Shown: in pieces, positions 16,101 through 24,602 of the stretch
Numbering within the stretch: position 1 is the stretch's first letter
How the letters are laid out: each line of letters opens with the position of its first letter
Assembly: GCF_000196555.1 (NCBI RefSeq)
Contig: NC_015067.1
Span: 2,310,001-2,342,000, forward strand
Length of the DNA stretch: 32,000 nucleotides
Direction: 5' to 3'
From: Bifidobacterium longum subsp. longum JCM 1217
Lineage (GTDB): Bacteria > Actinomycetota > Actinomycetes > Actinomycetales > Bifidobacteriaceae
Made by a program: the position numbers and the translations under genes
The notes under the pieces: generated by a model
What the model saw: only the letters and a program-made list of their open reading frames with translations
Database searches by the model: none
Told to the model about the DNA's origin: nothing

Positions 16101-17822
16101 ATGACCAACAGCGATGGCGGGTTCCAGTTCGACTTCCAGCAGCCCGAAAAGCCGGTCAGGCCAACGGTTCCTCCGATTCCCGGGCAAGAGACGGCAGCAT
16201 ATAGCACAGAACCCACGGCACAAGCCACACCGGCTCTGCAGTTCCCGCAGTCTGTGCAGTCTGCGCAGCCCACACAGCCCACACAGTTTGTGCAGCCCGC
16301 GCAAGTAGCGTATGCCTCACAACCCACGCAAGCTGTGCCGACCGTACAAGCCGCTCAGCCGACGCAGCCCATCGATCCGGCCATGACGCAACCGTTCTCG
16401 CCGCAATTCCTAGCTGCGGTTGCCGCACAAGCACCACAGCCGGCGGCAGCCACGCAGCCAGTAGTATCCGAAACACCAATCGCCGCTGTGCCCGGCCAGC
16501 AGCAATACGTTTGGGATCAGACGACGCAAAGCTTCCGCCCGGTGGAACCGACAGCGCCGGTGACGCCAGCAGCACCAGCCGCACCAGCGGCACCGGCGAC
16601 ATCGCCTGTTTCGGTAGCTTCAAACGCCGCGACACAGGCGTTCCAACCCAATCAGGCCGAGCAGCCTGCGGTAGATGCCGAGGCAACACAAGCGTTCCAG
16701 CCTGATCAGGTCATGGCAACACAGCCTTTCGAAGCTCAGGCCATGCCGAATGCCGAAACCGCGGCCACACAGGCATACGGCGCATCATCCACCGTATCCG
16801 GTGAGACCGTTGCCATGCCGGCAACGCAAGTAGCGTCTGCCGATGATGCTGCAGCCACACAGGTGTTCCAACCGGCCGCCCTGGCCGCTTCGGCACAGGC
16901 TCAGCCTGCTGTGATGCCTCCCTCCATTCCGTTGGATCAGGTCTCCGATGAGGACGATTCCGATGGCGCCGAGCCTCGTCACGGCGGTAGCGGCAAAAAG
17001 AACACCCGCAAGATCGTCAGCATTGCCGTAGCAGTAGTCGCCGTGATAGCGCTGGTTGTCGCCGGCCTGCTCTGGTGGCATTCCAACAGCAGCAAGGCGA
17101 GCCAAGCCGTGGCATTGGCCGAGTGCAAGGTAGCGGCCAAGCAGTACACGAATGCTCAGAAGAAGCTCACCACCGCCATATCCAATGGCCAAACCAGCGC
17201 GCAAACATCCACCAGCGATGTGGCCGATGCCAATACGCTCACCACGCTGAATCAGGCGTTGCAAGACGCCGGCAATCCGGCTGACACCGCCAAGTGCGAT
17301 TCCAACCTCAACGCCACTGAGTTGAAGTCTCACACTAAAGAGCTGCAGAATGATGCCAGCGACATGGCTGACAAGACGGATGCCATCAACAACGCGATCA
17401 AGGCCGTTAATACTTCAAAGGCGACGGCCGATACCAACACACTGAAATCGAACCTGAGCTCGGCTATTTCGCAGGCGCAGGGCACGCTGGATAATTCCGC
17501 GGGCAGTGTGGCCGATGAAAACACCCGCACCGCGCTGCAAAACGCCATCACCGAGGCCAATACGGTGATGAACGGGACCAGTCCGTCCGAATCCGACGTC
17601 AATAATGCGATTTCTAAACTGCAGAAGGCCGAGTCCGACGTCACCGCCTCGATGCAGGCCAAGCAGCAGGCAGATGCCGCCAAGCAAGCTCAGGAAGAGG
17701 CTCAGCAGAAGGCTGACCAAGAGGCACAGCAGAAGTCTCAAGACGAGTCCAACAATAGCGACAACAATAACGGCGGCGACAACTCCACCTCTACTGACGG
17801 CACTGACGGCAGCAACAACTGA
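16101..17822 (+). CDS. Hypothetical single-pass membrane protein with a Pro/Gln/Ala-rich repeat N-terminus and a helical repeat C-terminus
   Basis: AAGGAG RBS. About 290 aa are low complexity, with 7 degenerate ATQxFQP-type units and PAAPAAPAAPA. One TM segment (IVSIAVAVVAVIALVVAGLLWW). The C-terminal region has repeated xxALQNAI / NNAISKLQKA modules that loosely resemble FIVAR repeats, then a Gln/Glu-rich tail. Confidence 0.6.
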   Translation: MTNSDGGFQFDFQQPEKPVRPTVPPIPGQETAAYSTEPTAQATPALQFPQSVQSAQPTQPTQFVQPAQVAYASQPTQAVPTVQAAQPTQPIDPAMTQPFSPQFLAAVAAQAPQPAAATQPVVSETPIAAVPGQQQYVWDQTTQSFRPVEPTAPVTPAAPAAPAAPATSPVSVASNAATQAFQPNQAEQPAVDAEATQAFQPDQVMATQPFEAQAMPNAETAATQAYGASSTVSGETVAMPATQVASADDAAATQVFQPAALAASAQAQPAVMPPSIPLDQVSDEDDSDGAEPRHGGSGKKNTRKIVSIAVAVVAVIALVVAGLLWWHSNSSKASQAVALAECKVAAKQYTNAQKKLTTAISNGQTSAQTSTSDVADANTLTTLNQALQDAGNPADTAKCDSNLNATELKSHTKELQNDASDMADKTDAINNAIKAVNTSKATADTNTLKSNLSSAISQAQGTLDNSAGSVADENTRTALQNAITEANTVMNGTSPSESDVNNAISKLQKAESDVTASMQAKQQADAAKQAQEEAQQKADQEAQQKSQDESNNSDNNNGGDNSTSTDGTDGSNN

Positions 17823-17845
17823 GGTCTGCAGCGTTCTCCTGTTTC

Positions 17846-17951
17846 CCATGGGGCGGTAACTCCCCATGGGGCGGTTAGCATATTTTCCTTTTTCGCGGAA
17901 TAATGCCGTTTTCAGCGACCGCCCCATGGGATAGTTACCGCCCCATGAGGA
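17846..17951. repeat. Four-copy motif array forming a roughly 30-bp inverted repeat (CCCATGGGGCGGT[A/T]A x2 forward, x2 reverse)
   Basis: Forward copies at 17846-17858 and 17864-17876. Reverse copies at 17919-17931 and 17938-17951 (the last is degenerate, CATGAGG). The arms are nearly perfectly complementary and separated by a 42-nt AT-rich spacer. Each unit contains the self-complementary core CCC(C)ATGGGG. Confidence 0.85.
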
Positions 17952-17961
17952 GCCGTTTGGA

Positions 17962-18011
17962 TATAGCAGTGGGCCGGGCTCTGAATACCAGAGCCCGGCC
18001 CACTGCTATAT
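17962..18011. terminator. Very long near-perfect hairpin between convergent genes
   Basis: ATATAGCAGTGGGCCGGGCTCTG aatac CAGAGCCCGGCCACTGCTATAT (22 bp plus a 1-nt bulge). No U-tract on either strand. Confidence 0.5.
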
Positions 18012-18038
18012 GCCCACAATCAGGGCTATTGCGATGGC

Positions 18039-21026
18039 TTAACGCTTGGCCATCGCGCGTAGCACAATCTTGCGCAGTTCGGAGGCAATCAGCACGATTG
18101 CGGCCAGGCAGATGCATTCCACCCAAGCCATCGGGCTCAATGCCACGGTGCCGAACGGACCGTTGAGGAACGGCACGTAAATCACCACGAGCTGCAGCGC
18201 CACGGACAAACCAATCGCACCCCATAGCCACTTGTTGGAGAACAGACCCACGAATGCGGACTGCAGATGCGAACGGGAGGACAGCGCGTTGAATAGCTGG
18301 GCAAACACCAGAATCGTGAAGCCCATCGTACGGGCCTCGGTCATCTGCGCTTCATGGCCGATGGCATCCACCGAGCGGTCGGTGAACAAGCCGCCGGACA
18401 GGTGCATGTCCATACCAATCAGCGTGACGATGGCCATGATGACGCCGATGTAGATGATGTCGCCCCACATGGAGGCGTCAATCACGCGGTCCGTCACCTT
18501 ACGCGGTTTACGACCCATCACATCGTCGGTCTGCGGGTCCACGCCCATAGCCAACGCCGGCGCGGCATCGGTCAGCAGGTTGATCCACAGCAACTGTGTG
18601 GCGAGCAGCGGCACGGTGACACCTACGGTTTCCGGCTGGCGGATGCCGAGGAAGCCGGCAAACACCACACCGAGGAACACGGTGAACACCTCACCCACAT
18701 TGGAACTCAGCAGGTAGCGCAGGAACTTGCGGATGTTGTCGAAGATCACGCGACCCTCGCGTACGGCGGCCACGATGGTGGAGAAGTTGTCGTCCGCCAG
18801 AATCATCTTGGCGCTCTGCTTGGTCACTTCGGTGCCGGTGATGCCCATGGCCACGCCGATGTCCGCGGACTTGACTGCCGGGGCGTCGTTCACACCGTCG
18901 CCGGTCATGGCCACGATGTTGCCTTGACGCTGCAAGGATTCGACGATCTTGAGCTTGTGCTCGGGGGCCACGCGCGCGTACACGGACACTTCGGACGTGG
19001 CCTTGTCGAGTGCGGCCTCATCGGGCAGCTGGTCGAGCTGGTCGCCGGTCAGGGCCTTGCCGTCCTTGGCGATGATGCCAAGGTCGGAGGCGATGCGGGC
19101 GGCGGTCAGCGGGTGGTCGCCGGTGATCATCACCGTGCGGATGCCGGCACGATGGGCCTCGGTCACGGAGTCGCGCACCTCAGTACGCGGCGGATCGATA
19201 ATGCCGACCATGCCATTCCAGATGAGATCGGTTTCGATGGCTTCGGCCTGATCGGCGATGTCGGACACCTGGCCTGCGGCGTTGACGCTTACACCGGGCA
19301 CATCAGCCAAAGAACTGGTTTCCAGCGGACGGCAGGCCTCGCCAAGCGTACGGTAGGCCTCGGAGGAGAGACGTTCGACGGTGGCGAGAATCGACTGGCG
19401 ATCGCCTTCGGTGAGCTTACGGACCTGACCACCCACGCGGATGCGCGTGCAGTAGCTCAACAGCACGTCGGGCGCGCCCTTGGCGAACACGGTGAGCTTG
19501 TCTGAATCGGTGCTGTCCTTGGCGATGATGGACATGCGCTTGCGTTCGGAGGTGAACGGAATCTCGCCAACGCGCGTGTAGCGCTTGATCTTGCGATCGG
19601 CCTTGACCTTGCGTGCGGCCACGATCAGCGAGACTTCGGTGGGGTCGCCCACAATCTCCCAACGGCCGTTCTCCTCGCGTAGTTCGCCGTCGTTCGCGAG
19701 CGTGCCGGCCACAAGCGTGGCGACGACTTCATCGGCCACAATCTGGGCCTGCTCGGATTCAGGACTGACGCCACCGGTCATAACCATGCGGCCTTCCGGC
19801 GCGTAACCGGTGCCGGTGATCTGCACTGCGCCGGACGGGGTGACCACGCGCTCCACGGTCATCTCGTTGCGGGTCAGCGTACCGGTCTTATCCGAGCAGA
19901 TCACGGAAGCGGAGCCCAAGGTCTCCACCGAATGCAGTTTCTTGACGATGGCGTTGTGCGCGGCCATACGCTGCACACCAAGCGCCAGCACCACGGTCAG
20001 GATGGCGGCCAAGCCTTCCGGCACGGCGGCCACAGCCAGCGAGACGGCCAACAGCAAGGAATCAATCACGTCATGGACGTCGTTGAAGCCTTCCAGCACG
20101 GCGAGCGCCACCAGCACCACGACAGCGATGACGCACACCGCAATGCCGAGGATCTTGGAGACGTAATCCATCTCCTTTTGCAGCGGGGTTTTCTCATCTT
20201 CGGTGGCGGAGAGCATGTCGGCGATCTTGCCGACCTGCGTGTTCATACCGGTGCCGGTCACGATTGCGCGGCCGGTGCCTTGCGTCACGGAAGTGCCGTT
20301 GAAGATCATGTTGGCACGGTCGCCCAGCGCCTTGGCTTCGGTGAGTGTGTCCGGCTTCTTACCAACCGGCACGGATTCGCCGGTCAGTGAAGCCTCGGCG
20401 ATGCGCAGGCTGGCCGCGTTGACCAGTCGGCCATCAGCGGAGACCGAATCGCCTTCCGCAAGGACGATGATGTCGCCGGGGACCACGTCGGCGGTGTTGA
20501 TGCGCATGACCTTGTCATCGCGCAGCACCGAGGTCTGCGGGGCCGTCATTTGTGCGAGCGCTTCGACGGCCGCCTCGGCCTTGGCTTCTTGCATATAGCC
20601 GAGCACAGCATTGACAATCAGGATCAAGATGATCACGATGGCGTCGAACGGCAGCACTTCGCCGCCTTCCGCGCCGGGCTGCGCATTGGCTTTTTCGATG
20701 AACCAAGCGATCACCGAGATAATAGTGGCCGCGATCAGCAGGTAGACCAGCGGATCTTGGAATTGGGCCAGGAATTTCTTCCATTTCGGTACGGGCGGGG
20801 CGCTGGCGAGCTCGTTCGGGCCGAATTTGGCCAGTCGGCGCTTGGCTTCTTCCTCGCTCAGGCCGTGGGATGGGTCGACGTTCAGGGCTTTGGCCACGTC
20901 GTCGGCGCTGGTCAGACTTGGATCGGTATCCCCCAATAGCGCTTCCTGTGCGCGCACCTCTTCCGATTCCACGACCCCGTTCGTTGCGGTCGTGGACACT
21001 GCGGATTGATCTTTGAGATCATCCAT
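18039..21026 (-). CDS. P-type ATPase, type IIA (SERCA/PacL-like Ca2+ or Ca2+/Mn2+ transporting)
   Basis: 995 aa. N-terminal LSEEEAKRRLAKFGPNEL, LTGESVPV, phosphorylation site ICSDKTGTLT, MITGDHPLTA and MTGDGVNDAPAVKSADIGVAMG. AAGGAG RBS before the ATG at 21024-21026. Ion specificity cannot be read from the sequence. Confidence 0.9.
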   Translation of the reverse strand: MDDLKDQSAVSTTATNGVVESEEVRAQEALLGDTDPSLTSADDVAKALNVDPSHGLSEEEAKRRLAKFGPNELASAPPVPKWKKFLAQFQDPLVYLLIAATIISVIAWFIEKANAQPGAEGGEVLPFDAIVIILILIVNAVLGYMQEAKAEAAVEALAQMTAPQTSVLRDDKVMRINTADVVPGDIIVLAEGDSVSADGRLVNAASLRIAEASLTGESVPVGKKPDTLTEAKALGDRANMIFNGTSVTQGTGRAIVTGTGMNTQVGKIADMLSATEDEKTPLQKEMDYVSKILGIAVCVIAVVVLVALAVLEGFNDVHDVIDSLLLAVSLAVAAVPEGLAAILTVVLALGVQRMAAHNAIVKKLHSVETLGSASVICSDKTGTLTRNEMTVERVVTPSGAVQITGTGYAPEGRMVMTGGVSPESEQAQIVADEVVATLVAGTLANDGELREENGRWEIVGDPTEVSLIVAARKVKADRKIKRYTRVGEIPFTSERKRMSIIAKDSTDSDKLTVFAKGAPDVLLSYCTRIRVGGQVRKLTEGDRQSILATVERLSSEAYRTLGEACRPLETSSLADVPGVSVNAAGQVSDIADQAEAIETDLIWNGMVGIIDPPRTEVRDSVTEAHRAGIRTVMITGDHPLTAARIASDLGIIAKDGKALTGDQLDQLPDEAALDKATSEVSVYARVAPEHKLKIVESLQRQGNIVAMTGDGVNDAPAVKSADIGVAMGITGTEVTKQSAKMILADDNFSTIVAAVREGRVIFDNIRKFLRYLLSSNVGEVFTVFLGVVFAGFLGIRQPETVGVTVPLLATQLLWINLLTDAAPALAMGVDPQTDDVMGRKPRKVTDRVIDASMWGDIIYIGVIMAIVTLIGMDMHLSGGLFTDRSVDAIGHEAQMTEARTMGFTILVFAQLFNALSSRSHLQSAFVGLFSNKWLWGAIGLSVALQLVVIYVPFLNGPFGTVALSPMAWVECICLAAIVLIASELRKIVLRAMAKR

Positions 21027-21208
21027 AATGTTCTCCTTGGTATTGCCGCGGAGTAGTCAGCCTTGCGGCCGCTGCCGGGTTTTCTCTCCCGGCTGGACGC
21101 ACAGGACTGCGCGGTTATGGACACCGGCGCAACTGCTGCCGATGCATACGATTGCCATTATTCCATAACCGCGTGGCGCACTTGGCGCACAGCGTAATAG
21201 CGTTTTGC

Positions 21209-22117
21209 CTAGAACAGGCGACGCAACCAGGCCTCAGCCAAATCAGGCCAACACTGCACGCATTCGACGATGTGCGCATAGAAGCCGTTACCGGCAGTTT
21301 CCGCATTGGCCAAGGACAGGCCGTGGCTGCCTTCAGGGAACAGGTGCGCCTCAATGCTCACGCCGGCGGCCCGGCAGGCCTGGATGAGCATTAGCGTGTT
21401 CTCCACGGGCACGGCGTCGTCGGTCATGGTATGCCAGACGAAGACGGGTGGCGTTTTGGCATCGATGTGCTTTTCGATGGAGAACTTGTCCAGCAAAGCC
21501 TGATTGTGAGCTTGGTCCCCTAGCAGGCATTGGAAGCTGCCGCGATGGGCGTACTTGCCGGCGGTGATTACTGGGTACGAGAGCATCAGCGCGTTCGGGC
21601 GCACGGCGTCCGGGTCTATGCCGCCCTGTTCGCGGATGTCTTCGTCGCCGACCGAGGTGGCGAGGTTGGCGGCCAGATGCCCGCCTGCGGAAAAGCCGAG
21701 TACGGCCACTTGCGCGGGGTTTACATGCCACTGATCCGCATTGGCGCGAATCAGGCGCATTGCCTCGGCAGCCTCCAGCAAAGCCACCGGATAGCGGCTG
21801 GGCTGCACCGAATAGCGCAGCACGAATACGGCGAAGCCTTTGGCCAGGAATTGCATGGCCACTGGCTCGGCTTCGCGGTCAGAAGTCATGGCGTAGCCGC
21901 CGCCAGGCAAAATCAGGATGGCCGGGCGTATACGGTCCGGTTCCATCTCCTCGCTGTTGTCGGCCACATAGCCAAAGAATCGCGCCTCGCTGCCATCAAT
22001 GCCAACGATGGTTTGTTGAATGTATTGCATGCCATACATCATACGCGCAGAGAATAGTTCTCGATAAGAACCACTCGCCATATGCGGTCTTGCCCGTATC
22101 TCCAAACCGAATAACAC
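21209..22117 (-). CDS. Alpha/beta hydrolase (acetyl-esterase/lipase-like)
   Basis: ILPGGGYAMTS oxyanion region, GFSAGGHLA nucleophile elbow, WHTMTDDAVP and GSHGLS. Coordinates are the maximal ORF, whose GTG at 22115-22117 abuts the MFS stop. The real start may be the ATG at 22081 or 22030 (MQYIQQTIVG). Confidence 0.7.
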   Translation of the reverse strand: MLFGLEIRARPHMASGSYRELFSARMMYGMQYIQQTIVGIDGSEARFFGYVADNSEEMEPDRIRPAILILPGGGYAMTSDREAEPVAMQFLAKGFAVFVLRYSVQPSRYPVALLEAAEAMRLIRANADQWHVNPAQVAVLGFSAGGHLAANLATSVGDEDIREQGGIDPDAVRPNALMLSYPVITAGKYAHRGSFQCLLGDQAHNQALLDKFSIEKHIDAKTPPVFVWHTMTDDAVPVENTLMLIQACRAAGVSIEAHLFPEGSHGLSLANAETAGNGFYAHIVECVQCWPDLAEAWLRRLF

Positions 22118-23416
22118 TTACAGCGAATCGTGAAGACTGCGGGCCATGGCGCGGTCGCGCGAGCCTTTGGTGAGCTTGAGACCGAGGGTCACGGCAATCA
22201 ACACAACAGTGCAGGCGATCCACAGCGTTCGACCGCCGAAGTTGCTGATAGTCCAGCCACCAATCAGCGGCGCCAGCGCAACCGACACCGACCACACTAC
22301 GTTGTAGACGCCCTGATACGTGCCACGCGCCGACGCGGGTGCCATGGCGGCAACCGTAGTGGTGGCGATAGGGAATGTGCCCAGCTCACCCAGCGTCCAC
22401 AGCACTACGGCAAGCGCGAATCCGCCCCAAGAATGGGCCGCGGCCTGCACCGCATAGCCGATGACGGTTACGGCGAGGCCCATCACCAGCACGCGTGAAT
22501 TGCCCATGCGCGCGAACAGTTTCATCGCGGGAATCTGTAGCAGGCACAACATACCGCCATTGATGGTGAGCAGCACCGAATACTCGCCCAGCCCTAGACC
22601 AAGGTCCGTCATGGCAATGGGCAGGCCGGAGGTGCTTTGGAAGTACACAAGGAAGTAGCCGAACATCAGCAGGGAGAAGCCGAGGAATGGAGTATCGGTG
22701 AGCACGCGCCGCCAATTGCGAGACATGGCGCCCTTGACACTGGCAGCCGGTGCGGCATCCGAGTGATTCGGCCTCTCAATGCCGGCGAATTCCGCATGGG
22801 TAACACTGCATTCGTCTTCATGGCGCACCGCACTTGGCACCGATACAGTAATCCCCAAATGCCGCACCTCGCGGAAGAACGCAATCAGCAATATCGTGAC
22901 GGCTATCATCACCGCCGCTTCAACGTAGAACATCAGCGAATACGAGATCTTGACCAGCTGGTTGGCCACAATCGGTCCAATCGCGTACCCAAAATTAATC
23001 GCCCACGATTGCAGTACGTATGCACGTTGCTGACGTTCGGCAGGCACCACATCCGCGATATACGCGGCGATGGCCGGGCTGGGCAGCGAGGCGAACGCAC
23101 CATAGACGAACAGAGCCGCGCCTAAAGACACAGGATCAGTGAGTACGGAAACGACCAGCAGGGCAGCCGCTGCGCCGATTTCGCCGATGATAATCATGGA
23201 TTGGCGGCCGAATCTGTCGGACAAGGTACCGCCGAACAGGCAGCCGATGATTGCGCCGAAGCCGTACATGGCCACGACTGTGCCCACCACACCCTCATCG
23301 AGGCGCAGCGCGGAAACCAAATATATCGACAAGAATGAGGTCACGAAGCGACCCATCCACAGAATCAGAATCGCCAACCATAATCCCCAATACAGCAGGG
23401 ACAGTCCGAATATCAT
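22118..23416 (-). CDS. MFS transporter
   Basis: Twelve hydrophobic segments, motif-A-like GGTLSDRFGRQ and a long central loop. Start set at the ATG MIFGLSLLYW (23416); a GTG at 23431 is also possible. The track's 162-codon N-terminal extension overlaps rlmB on the other strand and is rejected. Confidence 0.75.
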   Translation of the reverse strand: MIFGLSLLYWGLWLAILILWMGRFVTSFLSIYLVSALRLDEGVVGTVVAMYGFGAIIGCLFGGTLSDRFGRQSMIIIGEIGAAAALLVVSVLTDPVSLGAALFVYGAFASLPSPAIAAYIADVVPAERQQRAYVLQSWAINFGYAIGPIVANQLVKISYSLMFYVEAAVMIAVTILLIAFFREVRHLGITVSVPSAVRHEDECSVTHAEFAGIERPNHSDAAPAASVKGAMSRNWRRVLTDTPFLGFSLLMFGYFLVYFQSTSGLPIAMTDLGLGLGEYSVLLTINGGMLCLLQIPAMKLFARMGNSRVLVMGLAVTVIGYAVQAAAHSWGGFALAVVLWTLGELGTFPIATTTVAAMAPASARGTYQGVYNVVWSVSVALAPLIGGWTISNFGGRTLWIACTVVLIAVTLGLKLTKGSRDRAMARSLHDSL

Positions 23417-23503
23417 ACGCTGCTTCTTCACTCTCAATACCTTACCGGCTACCGACGGCGGAATAGCCGCGTTTTGGCGCGGGGTGCTGGGACAATAGCA
23501 CCT

Positions 23504-24496
23504 ATGGCTATCAAAAAAGGACCGACCAAGGGGTCGGGTGGCAAGCATCGCAACAAACTGAAGGGCTACGGCCCCACTCCCAAGGCCGAGGACCGCGTCT
23601 ATCACAAGGCGTACAAGGCCAAGAAAGCGGCCGAACGTCGGCAGATGGCCGACCCGCGTCTGGCAGCCCGCCGTCGAGTGGACAAGTTCGCTTCGGCGGA
23701 TACTTCGGATCTGGTGTACGGCCGTAATTCCGTGCTGGAAGCACTGCGCGTAGGCGTACCTTCTTCCACGCTGTACATCATGTCTCGTATTGAACATGAC
23801 GATCGTACTCGCGAAATCGTGAAAATCGCTGGTATGAACGGCCTGCACATGCTGGAGGCCGATCGTCTGGAGATGGATCGTATCGCCCGCTCTGGCAACC
23901 ATCAGGGCGTGATTCTGAAGGTCGATCCGTTCCAGTACTCCTCGCTGAACGAGCTGGCCGATCGTGCTGAGAAGAAGGCCAAGGCAATGGAGGCCGCGAA
24001 TTCGGCGGCCGCCCGTATTGCTGCGCGACCGCTGTTTATCGCATTGGACGGCGTGACCGATCCGCAGAACCTGGGTGCCGTGATTCGTTCGGCGGCCGCA
24101 TTCGGTGCCAATGGTGTGATTCTGCCGGAACGCCGTTCCGCTTCAGTGAACGCCGCCGCTTGGAAGGTGTCTGCCGGTGCGGCCGCGCATATGCCGGTGG
24201 CGCGCGTGGTGAACCTGACTAAGGCACTTGAGGGCTTGAAGGAGCGTGGATACTACGTTGTCGGCCTTGACGGTGGCGGCGATAAGCTCGTCGGCGAGAC
24301 TGGCTTTGAATCCGATCCGCTCGTTGTAGTGCTCGGTTCGGAAGGCAGCGGTTTGGGCCGACTGGTGCGCGAAACCTGCGACGCGATTGCCGGCATCCCG
24401 ATCAGCTCGTCTGTTGAGTCGCTGAACGCTTCAGTGGCGGCGGGTATCAGCCTGTACGCGGTGTCCAACGCACGGCGCAAGGCTGCGGCGGAGTGA
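23504..24496 (+). CDS. rlmB: 23S rRNA (guanosine-2'-O)-methyltransferase, SpoU/TrmH family
   Basis: Lys/Gly-rich N-terminal extension typical of actinobacterial RlmB. SpoU motifs LDGVTDPQNLGAVIRSAAAFG, VVVLGSEGSGL and IPISSSVESLNASVAAGISLY. ATG at 23504 is preferred over TTG at 23474. Confidence 0.85.
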   Translation: MAIKKGPTKGSGGKHRNKLKGYGPTPKAEDRVYHKAYKAKKAAERRQMADPRLAARRRVDKFASADTSDLVYGRNSVLEALRVGVPSSTLYIMSRIEHDDRTREIVKIAGMNGLHMLEADRLEMDRIARSGNHQGVILKVDPFQYSSLNELADRAEKKAKAMEAANSAAARIAARPLFIALDGVTDPQNLGAVIRSAAAFGANGVILPERRSASVNAAAWKVSAGAAAHMPVARVVNLTKALEGLKERGYYVVGLDGGGDKLVGETGFESDPLVVVLGSEGSGLGRLVRETCDAIAGIPISSSVESLNASVAAGISLYAVSNARRKAAAE

Positions 24497-24532
24497 TTGT
24501 CGCTTGAGGCCGTAATAGGTTGTACATACACG

Positions 24533-24565
24533 GAAGCCCCTCTATTTGAGGGGCTTCTTTGTGTG
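24533..24565 (+). terminator. Intrinsic terminator after rlmB
   Basis: GAAGCCCCTC tattt GAGGGGCTTC followed by TTTGTGTG. Confidence 0.8.
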
Positions 24566-24602
24566 ATGGGCTCACCTACAGACAGTCCACCGGATTGTCC
24601 GC

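Noticed and set aside
18354-19505. 383-aa plus-strand ORF inside the P-type ATPase gene (similar cases at 8028-8987, 8988-9692, 21530-22057 and 24606-25259)
   Set aside because: Each is antisense to a gene with unambiguous family motifs. Their composition is dominated by G, H, D, V and R, and none has an RBS or a domain signature.
21046-21114. GGAGTAG (21050-21056) flanked by CCGCG...CGCGG, reminiscent of the yybP-ykoY Mn2+ riboswitch that controls some P-type ATPases
   Set aside because: The motif reads on the plus strand, opposite to the ATPase gene, and no plus-strand gene lies downstream. The segment is too short for the four-helix architecture, and the second conserved loop is not convincingly present.
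23417-23902. 162-codon N-terminal extension of the MFS ORF
   Set aside because: It overlaps the rlmB coding region on the opposite strand and has no TM or MFS character. The first TM helix begins right after the ATG at 23416.
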